A stretch of 61,820 nucleotides of DNA from Thermodesulfobacteriota bacterium (GTDB lineage: Bacteria > Desulfobacterota > Desulfomonilia > UBA1062). The stretch lies in assembly GCA_034716155.1 (NCBI GenBank), contig JAYEFR010000108.1, forward strand, positions 1-61,820. The letters run 5' to 3'. Below, piece after piece: positions 1-8,809 of the stretch. Numbering within the stretch: the first letter of the stretch is position 1; each line of letters starts with the position of its first letter. The notes below the pieces were generated by a model, which was given only the letters and a program-made list of their open reading frames with translations, was not told the origin of the DNA and searched no databases. The position numbers were made by a program, and so were the translations under genes.

Positions 1-152
1 TCAACAGCGAATTTCTGTGCCTCGGTCAGAATCATGTCAAACGTATCCCTGGAAAAATCTGCATACAATGGGGCCTCACAGAGTTTTTCCACCTTCAGCA
101 TCTCGTGAAGTACAAATTGTTGATCCCTCTCGTCCAAGATCAAGTTAGTCAT
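1..152 (-). CDS. Acyl-CoA dehydrogenase, N-terminal fragment (runs off the window)
   Basis: My translation from ATG at 152 with an AAGGAGG RBS: MTNLILDERDQQFVLHEMLKVEKLCEAPLYADFSRDTFDMILTEAQKFAV..., typical long-type ACAD N-terminus; absent from the ORF track. Confidence 0.7.
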   Translation of the reverse strand, partial: MTNLILDERDQQFVLHEMLKVEKLCEAPLYADFSRDTFDMILTEAQKFAV

Positions 153-227
153 ATAAATCCTCCTTTATAAGTATTGTTATAAATCTCAAGCATCGGGGGC
201 AACAACCTGTTAAGATGTAACCCCTTA

Positions 228-1040
228 TTAGCTTGCGATACGAAGCCCTCCATCCACAGGGATTACTGTTCCTGTGACAAAAGAACTGGCCCTCGAAGCA
301 AGGTAAATAGTAATTCCGGCTATGTCCCCGGGTGTGCCGATGCGGCTTAGCGGACACCTTTCCTCAATCTGTCCCCTGAAATTTTCGAGCATCCACTCTG
401 TCATCTTGCTCTCAAATGGCCCCGGGGCAACCGCATTGACAGTGATCCCACGCGGGCCGAGATTAACAGCCAATGCCCTTGTCAAGTGGTGCACAGCTGC
501 CTTACTGGCAGAGTAGGCATAGTTCTCAAAGATAGGGACCATTATCCCATCAATAGACCCAATGTTTATCACACGTGCCGGATCGCCGGGCATGACTGCC
601 TTTTCAAGCAAAGGCAGGAGATCCCGCGTAAGTGCGAACATGGACTTAACGTTTAAAGACATAACCTTATCAAACCCGGAATCAGGATATTCGCTGATCG
701 GTGCACCCCAGTTGGCGCCTGCATTGTTTACCAGGATATGTAAGGATTGTTCTTGTTCGGAAATTTTATCTACCAATAACTTTCTGTCTTCTTCTGCGGA
801 AATATCTGCGGGAATGGAAATGCACTCCCCTATCTCAGATAGCTCTTTAGCAACCTGGTCGCATACATCTTTTTTGCGTGATGAGATATATACCCTGGCC
901 CCGGCCTCTACATAGCCCCTGGCGATCATGTGCCCTATACCCCGGGATCCACCGGTCACCAGCGCCACCTTTCCTCTGATTGAAAACAGGTCATTGACAT
1001 TTATTGCCTCTTTTTTACCCTCTGCGTTGGCCATTTCCAT
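228..1040 (-). CDS. Short-chain dehydrogenase/reductase (RhlG-like 3-oxoacyl reductase family)
   Basis: TGGSRGIG, NNAG, YSASK motifs. Confidence 0.9.
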   Translation of the reverse strand: MEMANAEGKKEAINVNDLFSIRGKVALVTGGSRGIGHMIARGYVEAGARVYISSRKKDVCDQVAKELSEIGECISIPADISAEEDRKLLVDKISEQEQSLHILVNNAGANWGAPISEYPDSGFDKVMSLNVKSMFALTRDLLPLLEKAVMPGDPARVINIGSIDGIMVPIFENYAYSASKAAVHHLTRALAVNLGPRGITVNAVAPGPFESKMTEWMLENFRGQIEERCPLSRIGTPGDIAGITIYLASRASSFVTGTVIPVDGGLRIAS

Positions 1041-1386
1041 ATCTCCTTTGTATAGTTAGCAGTATTACCCTAGATACAACATTTCTTACATTATCATCAA
1101 GTAGATTTGTTTTTGTGCTGACCCCTGATAGCTATCTTCTTAGCCACAGACTCCGTCCGTTGTAGGTAAAAAGATGTTTATCAGACTTACCATTTGCTCA
1201 AAATCATCTATATAATCCATTATGTGAAGTTCATGGATCTTTGTCAATAACGATACTTTCTCAGGTATCCCCGGAAACTTAAAACATAAACGCCAAAATA
1301 ATGTCAGTTAACTCATTTATCTTGACCATGTTTCAAAGACCGGCAAAAGCAGCATATCCCCCTTTTTTTTAAAAAGTGAGAAATAT

Positions 1387-1502
1387 TCCCCCCATTAGGA
1401 GAAAGAGGTTGCCAGGATTACAAAAATGGAATTCATATCCATAAGAAATCGTGTGCCCTGATGGGGTAATAGAGATAATTAATGCAAAAATTCAGGAAGT
1501 TA
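1387..1502 (+). promoter_or_regulatory. Candidate enhancer half-palindromes and IHF site upstream of the sigma54 promoter
   Basis: TCCCCCCATTAGGAGA (1387-1402) and TGCCCTGATGGGGTA (1454-1468); ATTCAGGAAGTTA (1490-1502) has one mismatch to WATCARNNNNTTR. Confidence 0.35.
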
Positions 1503-1539
1503 GCTATACTGAAATAAATTACAGCATAGTATGAACAAT

Positions 1540-1555
1540 TGGCACCAAATGTGCT
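1540..1555 (+). promoter_or_regulatory. Sigma54 (-24/-12) promoter of the orphan pilX-pilY1 cassette
   Basis: TGGCACCAAATGTGCT: GG-N10-GC spacing, close to TGGCAC-N5-TTGCW, just upstream of the AGGAG RBS at 1571. Confidence 0.7.
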
Positions 1556-1578
1556 GTGATAAAACAAGATAGGAGACA

Positions 1579-2151
1579 ATGTTCATGGAAAAACTATTCA
1601 TGACACCAGATGGCATATATACCAGTCCTTATGCTTTCAATTTGAGAGATATTGCGCCACCTCACGAACTCTCTGGTGGTTCACAAACAAATACAGAGGA
1701 GTCTCTCCAACACAACAAGAGAGTGGCAATACAGATAAAGGAACAAGGGATGGTACTGGTATTGGTACTGGTCGTACTCTTGGCAGCGATTGTCATTGGA
1801 ATAACTGTAATGCGTTCTTCTACGATAGAGGCAAGGATTGCTGGAAATGAGAGGATTTATAAGCAAGACTTCTATGTTGCAGAGAGTGGCATTGACTATG
1901 CGCTTGTAACCTCTGCGATTCCGATGAGTTCAATAGGGCTGACCATAAATGGTACGTATAATTATTCATCATTAGGCTTACCAGCTATTCTTTCCGGCAC
2001 AGGTATCAACCTTAGGTTGATAAAGATAACGAATCCGCCTGTTGGCTCAGGCTTTAGCGCAAATGATTTCAAGGCCCACTATTACCGGGTCGCTTCCAGT
2101 AAGACAAATCAGGCCATAGATGTTGGTGCATGGAAGGCCTTTCCAAAATAA
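1579..2151 (+). CDS. pilX: PilX-like minor pilin, copy 1 (long leader; start may be 1585)
   Basis: EQG|MVLVLVLVVLLAA class III signal lacking E5; EARIAGNER..F..AESG PilX N-terminal motif; directly upstream of pilY1. Confidence 0.85.
   Translation: MFMEKLFMTPDGIYTSPYAFNLRDIAPPHELSGGSQTNTEESLQHNKRVAIQIKEQGMVLVLVLVVLLAAIVIGITVMRSSTIEARIAGNERIYKQDFYVAESGIDYALVTSAIPMSSIGLTINGTYNYSSLGLPAILSGTGINLRLIKITNPPVGSGFSANDFKAHYYRVASSKTNQAIDVGAWKAFPK
1750..1850 (+). repeat. 101-bp direct repeat, copy A (pilX N-terminal helix)
   Basis: 98/101 identical to 20962-21062; perfect 68-bp run at 1774-1841. Confidence 0.95.
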
Positions 2152-2172
2152 CCTAAAAAAAGGAGATATAGT

Positions 2173-5100
2173 ATGCCTAAAAAGATACTGATTATATGTT
2201 TTATCTTTTCTCTCGTGTTTATCTCTAAGAACGCAGGGGCAGATGATACCGACATCTTTGGTGGTGGTGTCATCAATATCCCCCCCAATGTCCTTATTAT
2301 ATTTGACAACTCAGGTAGTATGAACGAGGATGCAGAGCTTATTCCATCAGCCCACTATGATAAAGACACGAGCTATCCTGGTCCTTATAATAGGTCTCGT
2401 GTATATTATAAATATGCTAGGTGGATAAATTGGTATAATTTTCAATGGATAGGCGATGAAACGGTTGACCCTGGAGAGATTGCCTGTGATTCTGCACGAA
2501 ATTCCCTTAATGAGAACGGACATTGGCAAGGGCCTATACATACATGGGGCTCACATACATGCGGCGGGTATTCGTATATGTTAAGAACAGGTAATTATAG
2601 GAATTTTCTCGATTCTTTAGGTGTTACTGACGTAAAGAAGATCGATCTTGCAAAGGAGACAATAAAGGATATCATTCAAACAACCGACAATGTGCGCTTT
2701 GGTATCATGATTTTTAATAATGAAAAAGGTGGTCACATCCTGGCGCCCATAGCCACCAGGGAAACCCAGGCTGAGAAAGATGCTCTTAAGGTATTGATTG
2801 ATGGCATTGATGCAGACACATGGACCCCCCTTGCAGAGACTTTGGCAGAGGCAGGTCTTTACTTTGCACGCAAGCCCTCATGGGCAAATTCCGGGGGGAA
2901 TTATAATACTGACTTTGATTATGCCATACAATGGAGATGCCAGAAGAATTACGCCATAATCATGACAGATGGCGAATCAACAAAGGATAAAGGAGATGTA
3001 CTTACACGTAATGATTATATTAATGGAAAATCCATCGGTGATTTTGACGGAGATGGGAATGATCCAGGTTCTTACCCTTCCGATGGTAGTGATTATCTAG
3101 ATGATGTTGCCAAGTTCTTATATGATGAAGATCTGCTTACAGGTATCTTGTATGATTCTGGTGGGATCTCCTTTGATGATCCTAATGATTCTCGTTTCGC
3201 AAAACAGAATATCATAACCTATACCATTGGCTTTGACATAAACAATACCCTGTTATCAGAGACCGCGGATTCATCCCACGGGCAGGGCGACTATTATACT
3301 ACCGAGGCCACAGGTGGTGGAGGAGTAAGCCTATCAGATATCTTTCAGAACATAATTGGTAGTATCTTAGAAACCAGCTCTGAATTTGTTGCACCTGTTG
3401 TTCCTGTAAGCAGGATGAACAAGACATATGCAGGAAATTGTGTATATCTCGGGATTTTCTCCCTGGACAGCTCAGGATTATGGAAAGGAAACCTCAAGAA
3501 GTTTGGGTTGAGCGAATGTGGTTATCTCCTGGACAGGGATGGAAATCTTGCCACAGATTTATCAGGTGCTATCAAAGAAGGTGCCCATTCTTGTTGGTTC
3601 CTTGTTGATGGTCTTGAGGGAATGGAGGTAGAAAAGGGTGGGGCAGGTCAGGTGCTGCTGACTCAGGCTTCGAGGTATTTCTACACCTATAATACAGGGA
3701 CCACCCTTACTGCACTTGATAAAAACCACATAACCCCATCAGATTTGGGTTTGACAACTACATCCGAGAGAGATGATCTGATCGACTTTGTCAGGGCAGA
3801 GGGGGATTATGATCCCGATGGTGGTGGAGATAATGCCAGGCCATGGGTATTAGGTGATATCCTTCATTCCAGACCTGCTGTACTTTATGATGATAGTAAT
3901 TATAAGAATGTGATCTTTGTGGGTGCCAATGATGGCTTCCTTCATTGTTTTGTTGATGATGACAAAGGCACTTATGATGATCTTACTGATGATACAGTAG
4001 AGGAGATATGGACATTTATACCGTGGAATTTATTGCCTGAACTTCAGTTTTTACGCGATGGTTCAGCCCATGATTGTTTTGTTGATGGTACCCCGATTGT
4101 TTATACCACAGGTAATAATACATATATAGTATTTGGTCTTAGAAGGGGTGGAGATAAATACTATACTTTAGATGTGAGTAATTATGCATCACCTTCATTT
4201 GTATGGGAGGTAGCACCCAATATCCTCGGCACTGAGTCCCTGGGCCAGTCCTGGTCTACGCCGCATTTTTGTACGATCAAAGAATCAGGTGGCAATACAA
4301 GAGATGTGCTCCTTCTAACAGGTGGTTATGACTCAAATCAAGATAATGTAGATCCAGGTGCAAGTGACAGCGAGGCAAGGGCTGTATATGCAGTAGATGC
4401 TGCAACTGGTGCATTGTGTACTAATCTTAATTTCAACCATGCTACCTATGCCAATATGCAATACTGTATCGTTGATCTTACATCCTTTGACAACGATGGA
4501 GATGGTTATGAGGGCACTATCTACGCTGGATCCTTAGGAGGGAATTTGTTTGTGTTCAATGACAGGGATGAGGATGGGACCTGGGATGCCAGAAGGCTTT
4601 TCAGTGCTGGAAACAGTGGTACAGATAAGCTAAAGAAATTCTTCAACTCCCCTGGTGTAGTGCAGGAGACATTTGGTGATTATGTATACATTGGCACTGG
4701 AGACAGGGAAGACCCTCAAAGAACGACCGTGGTCAACCAATTTTATGCTATTAAGAATACATGGCCTGCAACCTGGGATGATAGCTCCGACACGCTAACC
4801 CCATCTACCCTGGTAAATGTTACTTCAGATATACTCCAGGATCCTACCAAGACCGAGGCGGAGAAGGATGCGGTAAGGGCGGCGCTTGCGGCAGGTAGTG
4901 GATGGTATATTAATCTGGAAAATTCAGGTGAAAAGGTGGTATCCTCTCCTCTGGTCTTTAACAAGGTAGTATACTTCACCACGTTTACCCCTAGTGCAGA
5001 TACGGGATCAAGTGATGATCTCTGTTCCCTTGGATATGGAAGTGGTATAGCCAGACTCTATGCTATAGATTACAAGACAGGAAATGCTGTTTTTGACTTT

Positions 5101-5286
5101 ACGGAAGATGACCAACTGACAAAGACTGATCGGTCTATAAATATCGGTTCCGGCATACCTTCTCAGCCGGTAATCGTTGTTACAAAAACAGGGGTTCATG
5201 TAATTGTAGGTACTGAAGGCGGGGTGTTCTCACAAACCATAACACCTGACCAAAATATCTTTCGTTATTACTGGAAACAGAACTAA
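2173..5286 (+). CDS. pilY1: PilY1/PilC tip adhesin with vWA domain, copy 1
   Basis: Signal peptide, MIDAS DNSGS, TPLAE, TDGE; beta-propeller motifs LGDILHS, GANDGFLH, LGQSWS, GTGD; Ca-loop DNDGDG; terminal YYWKQ. Confidence 0.92.
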   Translation: MPKKILIICFIFSLVFISKNAGADDTDIFGGGVINIPPNVLIIFDNSGSMNEDAELIPSAHYDKDTSYPGPYNRSRVYYKYARWINWYNFQWIGDETVDPGEIACDSARNSLNENGHWQGPIHTWGSHTCGGYSYMLRTGNYRNFLDSLGVTDVKKIDLAKETIKDIIQTTDNVRFGIMIFNNEKGGHILAPIATRETQAEKDALKVLIDGIDADTWTPLAETLAEAGLYFARKPSWANSGGNYNTDFDYAIQWRCQKNYAIIMTDGESTKDKGDVLTRNDYINGKSIGDFDGDGNDPGSYPSDGSDYLDDVAKFLYDEDLLTGILYDSGGISFDDPNDSRFAKQNIITYTIGFDINNTLLSETADSSHGQGDYYTTEATGGGGVSLSDIFQNIIGSILETSSEFVAPVVPVSRMNKTYAGNCVYLGIFSLDSSGLWKGNLKKFGLSECGYLLDRDGNLATDLSGAIKEGAHSCWFLVDGLEGMEVEKGGAGQVLLTQASRYFYTYNTGTTLTALDKNHITPSDLGLTTTSERDDLIDFVRAEGDYDPDGGGDNARPWVLGDILHSRPAVLYDDSNYKNVIFVGANDGFLHCFVDDDKGTYDDLTDDTVEEIWTFIPWNLLPELQFLRDGSAHDCFVDGTPIVYTTGNNTYIVFGLRRGGDKYYTLDVSNYASPSFVWEVAPNILGTESLGQSWSTPHFCTIKESGGNTRDVLLLTGGYDSNQDNVDPGASDSEARAVYAVDAATGALCTNLNFNHATYANMQYCIVDLTSFDNDGDGYEGTIYAGSLGGNLFVFNDRDEDGTWDARRLFSAGNSGTDKLKKFFNSPGVVQETFGDYVYIGTGDREDPQRTTVVNQFYAIKNTWPATWDDSSDTLTPSTLVNVTSDILQDPTKTEAEKDAVRAALAAGSGWYINLENSGEKVVSSPLVFNKVVYFTTFTPSADTGSSDDLCSLGYGSGIARLYAIDYKTGNAVFDFTEDDQLTKTDRSINIGSGIPSQPVIVVTKTGVHVIVGTEGGVFSQTITPDQNIFRYYWKQN

Positions 5287-5302
5287 TAAAAGGGGGTAAA
5301 TA

Positions 5303-5749
5303 ATGTGGTATACATGGAGTATAAATAAACTTACGAAAATATCTTTGCCTCTCCTTTTTGCTTGCTTGTTCTTCGCAACCCTCTGCTATGCAGGTCCTCT
5401 GAGCGATGTCTTAAAGGATTGGGAACCAGTGGCTATTCAGGGTAAGATAATGGAGGTTGGCCCTGAAAAAGACTACATAGTTATCCAGGAGAAAAAGATA
5501 ATCCTTGTGCATACCATTAAAGCAAGGAAAGAATATAGAACGAGGATAATGGATCTTAAGGGCAATACTTTAACTCAAGATGCGCTATCAAAAGGAAAAC
5601 CGGTGTTTGTCAAAGGAGGGGAGATAGTAGACAAGGATACAAACGACATGACAATCCTGGCCAAAGATATATATCTCTTACCTAAATATATTAGAGAAGA
5701 CCAGATGAAGAATTATGGTATCTTTCACTCCCCATTTTCACCGTGGTAA
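5303..5749 (+). CDS. Small secreted beta-rich protein, PilY2-position, copy 1
   Basis: Signal peptide; paralog of 24587-25051 (PEKDYI, VFV.GG, IYLLP/IFLLP); follows pilY1. Confidence 0.7.
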   Translation: MWYTWSINKLTKISLPLLFACLFFATLCYAGPLSDVLKDWEPVAIQGKIMEVGPEKDYIVIQEKKIILVHTIKARKEYRTRIMDLKGNTLTQDALSKGKPVFVKGGEIVDKDTNDMTILAKDIYLLPKYIREDQMKNYGIFHSPFSPW

Positions 5750-5941
5750 GAGAGTGGTAGCCATAGCAATGATGCAGTAGAGCTCCCCTCTCAGGCAGAC
5801 TCAAGTGGCATTCTGGCAGTTTTCGTAAAAAATGAGAAACCCTTTCTCAACTCCTCCATTTTTTATTGTAATAAAAATGCCGATAGTATATATTATATAA
5901 CTTGCCACCGGCATTCTCTGAAAAATAAGAGAAGGGGCCCC

Positions 5942-7033
5942 ATGGTTAAATCAAAATATTTAACGAAAATAGATAAGCTCATCCAATTGAGTGCTGAGGA
6001 ACGAACCCAGTTAAGGGAAGTGACGGACAGGTTTGTCTTTCGTGCCAATGACTATTATCTCTCGCTCATTGATTGGGATGACCCATATGACCCGATACGC
6101 CGAATCGTAATCCCGGATCCAGGAGAGCTGGAAGAATGGGGGCGTCTTGATGCTTCACAGGAGAAAGATTATACTGTGATCCCGGGGTTTCAACACAAAT
6201 ATAATTCTACTGCCTTATTGCTGATAAGCAATGTGTGTGGTGGTATATGCCGGTATTGCTTCCGCAAACGTATCTTCATGTTTCTAAAGGAAGATCCAGA
6301 GATTTTACGCGATTTAAAGGCAGCTTTAAAATACATAAGACAGCATAAAGAGATAACCAATATCCTCTTAACCGGAGGAGATCCACTAATGCTGAGCACT
6401 TTAAAGCTTGAAAGTATTATCAGACAAATTATGGAGATTGAACATGTGCAAATAGTTCGTATCGGAACTAAAATAACCGCATTTAACCCATATCGCATCC
6501 TTGATGACCCGTCTCTTTTAGATATGATCGAAAGATTTACCCATAAGAAAAAGAAGATTTACGTAATGAATGACTTTAACCATCCAAGGGAGTTAACGGA
6601 TGTTGCTGTCAGTGCGGTCAATCTATTGCTTAAATCAGGGGCAATACTCACAAATCAGACTCCCCTTATTAGAGGAGTGAATGACAATTCGAAAACCCTG
6701 GCAGAATTACTGAGGGAATTATCCTTTATAGGGGTAGCCCCGTACTATGTCTTCCAGTGCCGTCCTGCCGTTGGCAATATGGCCTATGCTGTGCCCATAG
6801 AAGAGGGGTATGAGATATTTGAACAGGCAAAGGACATGGTCTCAGGGCTTGCAAAGCGTGCCCGTTTTGTAATGTCCCATTCTACTGGTAAGATAGAGAT
6901 CGTGGGAATGGCTCAAGGATATGTTTATTTAAAGTATCACAGGGCAGCTGATGATAAAGATAATGGCCGCTTCATGATATTCAGGGCCAATCCTGATGCA
7001 TACTGGCTAGACGACTATGACGAAATAACTTGA
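5942..7033 (+). CDS. KamA-family radical SAM protein (lysine 2,3-aminomutase-like)
   Basis: HKY, CGGICRYCFRKR, LLTGGDPL, FNHPRE, NQTPLIRGVND, PYYVFQC, GKIEI. Confidence 0.9.
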   Translation: MVKSKYLTKIDKLIQLSAEERTQLREVTDRFVFRANDYYLSLIDWDDPYDPIRRIVIPDPGELEEWGRLDASQEKDYTVIPGFQHKYNSTALLLISNVCGGICRYCFRKRIFMFLKEDPEILRDLKAALKYIRQHKEITNILLTGGDPLMLSTLKLESIIRQIMEIEHVQIVRIGTKITAFNPYRILDDPSLLDMIERFTHKKKKIYVMNDFNHPRELTDVAVSAVNLLLKSGAILTNQTPLIRGVNDNSKTLAELLRELSFIGVAPYYVFQCRPAVGNMAYAVPIEEGYEIFEQAKDMVSGLAKRARFVMSHSTGKIEIVGMAQGYVYLKYHRAADDKDNGRFMIFRANPDAYWLDDYDEIT

Positions 7034-7090
7034 GATTATCCCGTTAGTTTACCTTACATGGCCTATGGATCAGAGTAGCACAAGTAATTG

Positions 7091-7382
7091 TAACTGCTCA
7101 GGTTATTAGACTGAAGGTGGAAGACTAATAAGTATTTAGGCCAAAGACCAAAGATAGAGAAAGGCTAACAATTAATAATTGATGGCTTCGTAAAAAGTTC
7201 AACTTCTGCGTTGCGCTTAAATCTTTCGTCATTGCGGAGTACGGTAAGTACGCCTCATTCCTCAAGATTTGCGCGCCTTGAATTTGAAGCTTTTTACTTT
7301 GCCGTCTAATTCGGACTTTTTACGACTGCGTCAATAATTAGTCTTCGGCCTTCAGCCTTTAACCTAAATACCTGAGCAGTTA
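7091..7382. mobile_element. MITE-like element with 13-bp terminal inverted repeats and 7-mer subterminal repeats
   Basis: TAACTGCTCAGGT (7091-7103) / ACCTGAGCAGTTA (7370-7382); CTGAAGG/CCTTCAG units; related ends at 37270, 37421 and 38771. Confidence 0.75.
7181..7332. mobile_element. Nested MITE with 7-bp target-site duplication
   Basis: Ends GATGGCTTCGTAAAAAGT...ACTTTTTACGACTGCGTC; flanked by AATAATT at 7174-7180 and 7333-7339. Confidence 0.8.
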
Positions 7383-7441
7383 AAAATTTTTTATCTCTCC
7401 TGTGCTTGCAATGCATCATTATATAGACTATTTTTATGTGA

Positions 7442-8692
7442 ATGGCAGATAACAGACCGAGTATTGTGTTTGCAGATGAAAAGGGCAATATCTTTGACTT
7501 TGAGCCGCTAGCCATGGTGGGAAGAAGCGGGGATTATCTTATCCCCATAGAAGATAGTGACATAATACCTGCGCCAAAAGGGGGACAATTTTATGTCCTT
7601 CCTGACAGACACCCTATTGGTATGGACAGGCAAACCGGGCAGATAATAACACTTAAGAAAAATCCTTTTGACCCATCATCACCTGCATTTGCTGTAGCCA
7701 TATTTTTAGCAGCTGCTCACACCCAAACGTATCTTGCTGCATGGGAGGCATGTGATCATGCTACCAGCCTCCCACTCTTTGCATATACAGCGCTTGGATG
7801 GAAAGAAGGGTTTGTGACCACTGCTGTCCGAACAGATATATCTACCCGCCAGGACATTGACACATTCAATATGGATACGGTAAGGAAAGGTGTTGAACTA
7901 TGGAAATCAAGTTTGCCTGAAAACAGATTGGTTACTCACCTTGCTCATTGTGCATTAGTGTATGGATGCCCTGCTGCGCTCAATCTATTTCAGGGGAGGG
8001 AAGAAGGCCCCCTGCCGACATCGCCTTCCTGTAATGCAAGGTGTATAGGCTGTATATCTCATCAGCCCGTCGGCCATCCACCTGCTCCTCAGAAAAGGAT
8101 AAAGTTTATACCGAGCCCTAAAGAGATCGCCCAGGTTGCCCTCACACATATAATCCATGTGAAAGACCCTGTGGTAAGTTTTGGGCAGGGTTGCGAAGGG
8201 GAACCATTGCTTGCCGGCGATGTTATTGAAGAAGCCATTCATATGATCCGGGCCAAAACAGATAAAGGCACTATAAACCTGAATTCAAATGCAAGCCTGC
8301 CAGAAGTTGTAAGATCTCTTGCAGATGCAGGGCTTGATAGTCTGAGGGTAAGTATGAATTCTGCAAGGCCACCTACATATAAGGCATATTTCAGGCCGTC
8401 ATATGATTTTGATGCATTGCATAAAAGTATATACGAGATGAAGAAAAGGGATAAGTTTGTCTCTGTTAACCTATTTGTATTTCCAGGTGTCACTGATGCC
8501 CCAAAGGAGGCAGATACATTGAAGGCATTTATCAAGGATGCTGGTGTGGATATGGTTCAATGGCGTAATCTGAATATAGATCCGGATGTCTATCTTGACA
8601 CTCTAGGGCAGAAGTTTCCTTCAGGTATAGGTGTAAAAAGGCTTATCAGCGAGATCCCTGTAAGGTGCGGGTATTTTAATCCCCCATTATGA
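7442..8692 (+). CDS. Uncharacterised radical SAM protein
   Basis: CNARCIGC (CxxxCxxC), SFGQGCEGEP, RNLNIDP, LPLFAYTA. Confidence 0.85.
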   Translation: MADNRPSIVFADEKGNIFDFEPLAMVGRSGDYLIPIEDSDIIPAPKGGQFYVLPDRHPIGMDRQTGQIITLKKNPFDPSSPAFAVAIFLAAAHTQTYLAAWEACDHATSLPLFAYTALGWKEGFVTTAVRTDISTRQDIDTFNMDTVRKGVELWKSSLPENRLVTHLAHCALVYGCPAALNLFQGREEGPLPTSPSCNARCIGCISHQPVGHPPAPQKRIKFIPSPKEIAQVALTHIIHVKDPVVSFGQGCEGEPLLAGDVIEEAIHMIRAKTDKGTINLNSNASLPEVVRSLADAGLDSLRVSMNSARPPTYKAYFRPSYDFDALHKSIYEMKKRDKFVSVNLFVFPGVTDAPKEADTLKAFIKDAGVDMVQWRNLNIDPDVYLDTLGQKFPSGIGVKRLISEIPVRCGYFNPPL

Positions 8693-8809
8693 GATAGCTG
8701 AAGGCTAAAGGCTTACTAATTGCTGAATTTAGACAAATAAGCTCATTGACACTTGTGGAATTGAGTTATATCTATGGCCTTACAAACCAGATTTTTTATT
8801 GGAGGAATA

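Noticed and set aside
1140-1330. Possible small minus-strand ORF upstream of the SDR
   Set aside because: No convincing start in the open frame and no recognisable family.
7306-7515. 69-aa minus ORF, and 41550-41759 plus ORF
   Set aside because: They read through MITE or repeat sequence.
8693-8809. TPP riboswitch before thi4
   Set aside because: No CTGAGA...CCTGA core or fold; only a 7-mer repeat scrap (GCTGAAGGCTAAAGGC) and a weak promoter-like TTGACA.
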